Below, in pieces: positions 62,059 to 64,000 of a stretch of 64,000 bases of DNA. The position numbers were made by a program, and so were the translations under genes. Under the pieces are notes generated by a model. That model saw only the letters and a program-made list of their open reading frames with translations, was not told where the DNA came from and did not search any database. Each line of letters begins with the position of its first letter. The stretch's first letter is position 1. The stretch is from Mustelus asterias (taxonomy: Eukaryota), in contig NW_027590274.1 of NCBI RefSeq assembly GCF_964213995.1, positions 62,001-126,000 of the forward strand. The letters are read 5' to 3'.

Positions 62059-63334
62059 GATGCATGGAATGAAGCTTGTGTTCCTTTACATCTGCAAGAA
62101 ACAGGAAAAGTGTTTTTGTTAATATGTCGAATGATGCAGAGGATGAAATGAAAATGGGGACTGGGACAGCGTTGAGAGAGAGTAAGATGGTATTGCTGGA
62201 GACAGATGTCGAGTGTCTTCGTGTGGTGGCGCATGGAATAGCTTGTGTTCCTTTATGTCTGCAAAAAACAGGAAAGGTTTTTTGTTAAGACCGTCGAATG
62301 ATGTGTATGATGATGCCACCACCAAACACATCTGCCCTTCACTCCTTCTGTCAACATTCCACAGAGACCGTTCCCTCTGGGATAACCTGGTCCACTCTTC
62401 CACTATTCGGAACACCTCCCCCGTCACCTTCCATTGCTGTTGCAGAAGGTGTCACATCTGTCCATTTACCTATTCTATGCTCACCACCCGAAGTCCAAAA
62501 CATACATTCCAGGTTAAGCAGCGTTTCACTTGCACCTCTTTCAATTTGGTGTATTGTATTTGCTGCTCCCAATGTGGTCTCCTCTATATCAGAGTGGGTG
62601 ATTGCTTTGCTGAGCACTTTCTTTATGTGCGCAATCAGGATTCTGACTTTCTGGTTCCTTTCCACTTTAACATACGATCCTGCTCTCATGCCCACATGTC
62701 TATCCTTAGCTTGGTGCAATGTTCCAGTGAAGCTCAACGCAAATTGGAGGAACAGCATCTCATCTTCTGGCAAGGCACTTTACAGCTTTCCGGTCTCAAC
62801 ATCGAATTCAACAACTTCAGATAATTTGCTCTACCCCATCTCGTCCCCCTTTGTTTTCACTCTATTTTATTTAATTTTTTACTGTTCTCTAACTTTTATT
62901 TCTTTATTGTCTTTCTTCATTTTTCTTCCTACTGTCCCCCTACTTCATCCCCCTCCCCTTATCTTCTTCCCCCCCCCCACCACTTCCCCTTTTCAACATT
63001 CTACCTCTGTCCCATCCCACCGATCACCCCGCCACCACAGCCGCCCCCCCCCCCCCGCCCCCCCAACATTTTCATCTGATACAGCTTGCAGCTTCTCTGC
63101 CATTTAGCCATCTACACCCTTTATTCTCTCTGTGGATAGCTATTAGCAGTATTTACCCCTGGTTTCTATAGCTATGACTCATCCTTCGTTCCCATCCCCC
63201 TGCAGCATAAATATCTCCCATTTTGTATGCATTTTACCTTTGACAAAGGGTCATCTGGAATCGAAACGTCAGCTCTTTTCTCTCCTTACAGATGCTGCCA
63301 GACCTGCTAAGATTTTCCAGCGTTTTATCTTTTG
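62059..63334 (+). mobile_element. Penelope-like retroelement fragment (GIY-YIG endonuclease region and 3' repeat) with a 14-bp TSD
   Basis: CxxC..FTCTSFNLVYCICCSQCGLLYI..FAEH..HFN..EQHLIF..GLN; flanked by GTCGAAGACACTAA (62045-62058) and GTCGAAGGCACTAA (63335-63348). Confidence 0.85.
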
Positions 63335-63601
63335 GTCGAAGGCACTAAATTTAGGATAGCGATATTTGTAGAGGAGTGGATCAAATCCCTCCACTGTCAG
63401 ATTTTCACTTATATTACTATAAACGTTGTGAACATCTTTGGTCAAAGATGTGATTCCTAAAATTAAATGCAGTAGAATGCATCATCATTCATTTTGATTA
63501 GAGGAACCAGCAGATAGAATGTAAAGTGAGCAACTGACCGGCTTGTCGAATGAGCGTGGTTGCTCCACCAGTAAGCTGAAACTACTCCATGCACATGGAC
63601 T

Positions 63602-63674
63602 GTTTCTGTCGTGTAGTGGTTAGCACGTTTGCTCCACACGCTGAAAATCCACCTTTCGAGACCAGCCAGGAGCG
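63602..63674 (+). pseudogene. tRNA-Val(CAC) pseudogene, paralog of 41771
   Basis: GTTTCTGTCGTGTAGTGGTTAGCACGTTTGCTCCACACGC.. Confidence 0.72.
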
Positions 63675-64000
63675 TTTCCAACCGGTTTTATTTCAAATTG
63701 ATTCAAATTTCGGAACTATCTCGTTTCTCACGAAACATTAATTAAGCTGTTGAGTTCCTGCGGCATTGAAGACGGGAATCACTCAATAATTAGATTAAAA
63801 GGGAAAGTTTGTGATGAAGAGCATAACAGAATGGATTGACTGACACAAGGAATGATGGACCAGGTGAACATTGGTTGGTTCTCATTATTTTTAAACTTTG
63901 CTGCTTTCCTGGATGAACTCCAGCTCTCCATTCCTCGGCAGTAAGTAACCATTCGACTGGAGACTGGCAATTATTGAGCAAGAGTGTGTATGTGTGTGTG

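Noticed and set aside
62298-63107. 269-aa ORF with a hydrophobic stretch
   Set aside because: Alternative frame over the Penelope fragment and its T-rich and C-rich 3' region
1-64000. D, J or C segments, 12-RSS, NAR-TCR or IgH-like V, CRISPR or prokaryotic systems
   Set aside because: No FGxG J motif with a 12-RSS, no C1-set exon and no such arrays recognised; the short ORFs in the track are mostly repeat-derived or random

Overview
Repeat-rich vertebrate DNA, very probably from a cartilaginous fish (shark). This is inferred from the CR1/HE1-type LINE and SINE content and from the V-segment sequences. The window is part of a T-cell receptor alpha/delta-type V-segment array. It holds six leader/V-exon/23-RSS units in both orientations: one fully intact at 49982-50475, the rest defective. 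There is also one 3' V fragment and one very eroded V relic. No D, J or C segments were recognised. The V segments are interleaved with a dense set of tRNA genes and pseudogenes: intact Glu-CTC and Gln-CTG, an intron-containing Pro-AGG, an intron-containing Ile-TAT, a tandem array carrying Val pseudogenes, and a (+,+,-) triplet array of Gln genes. Retroelements include CR1 (one uninterrupted ORF2, one nested inverted pair), Rex1-like and L2-like LINEs, a Penelope-like GIY-YIG element with a target-site duplication, and tRNA-derived SINEs. Strong CTCF-like motifs lie near V segments. All coordinates were read by eye; repeat boundaries are approximate.
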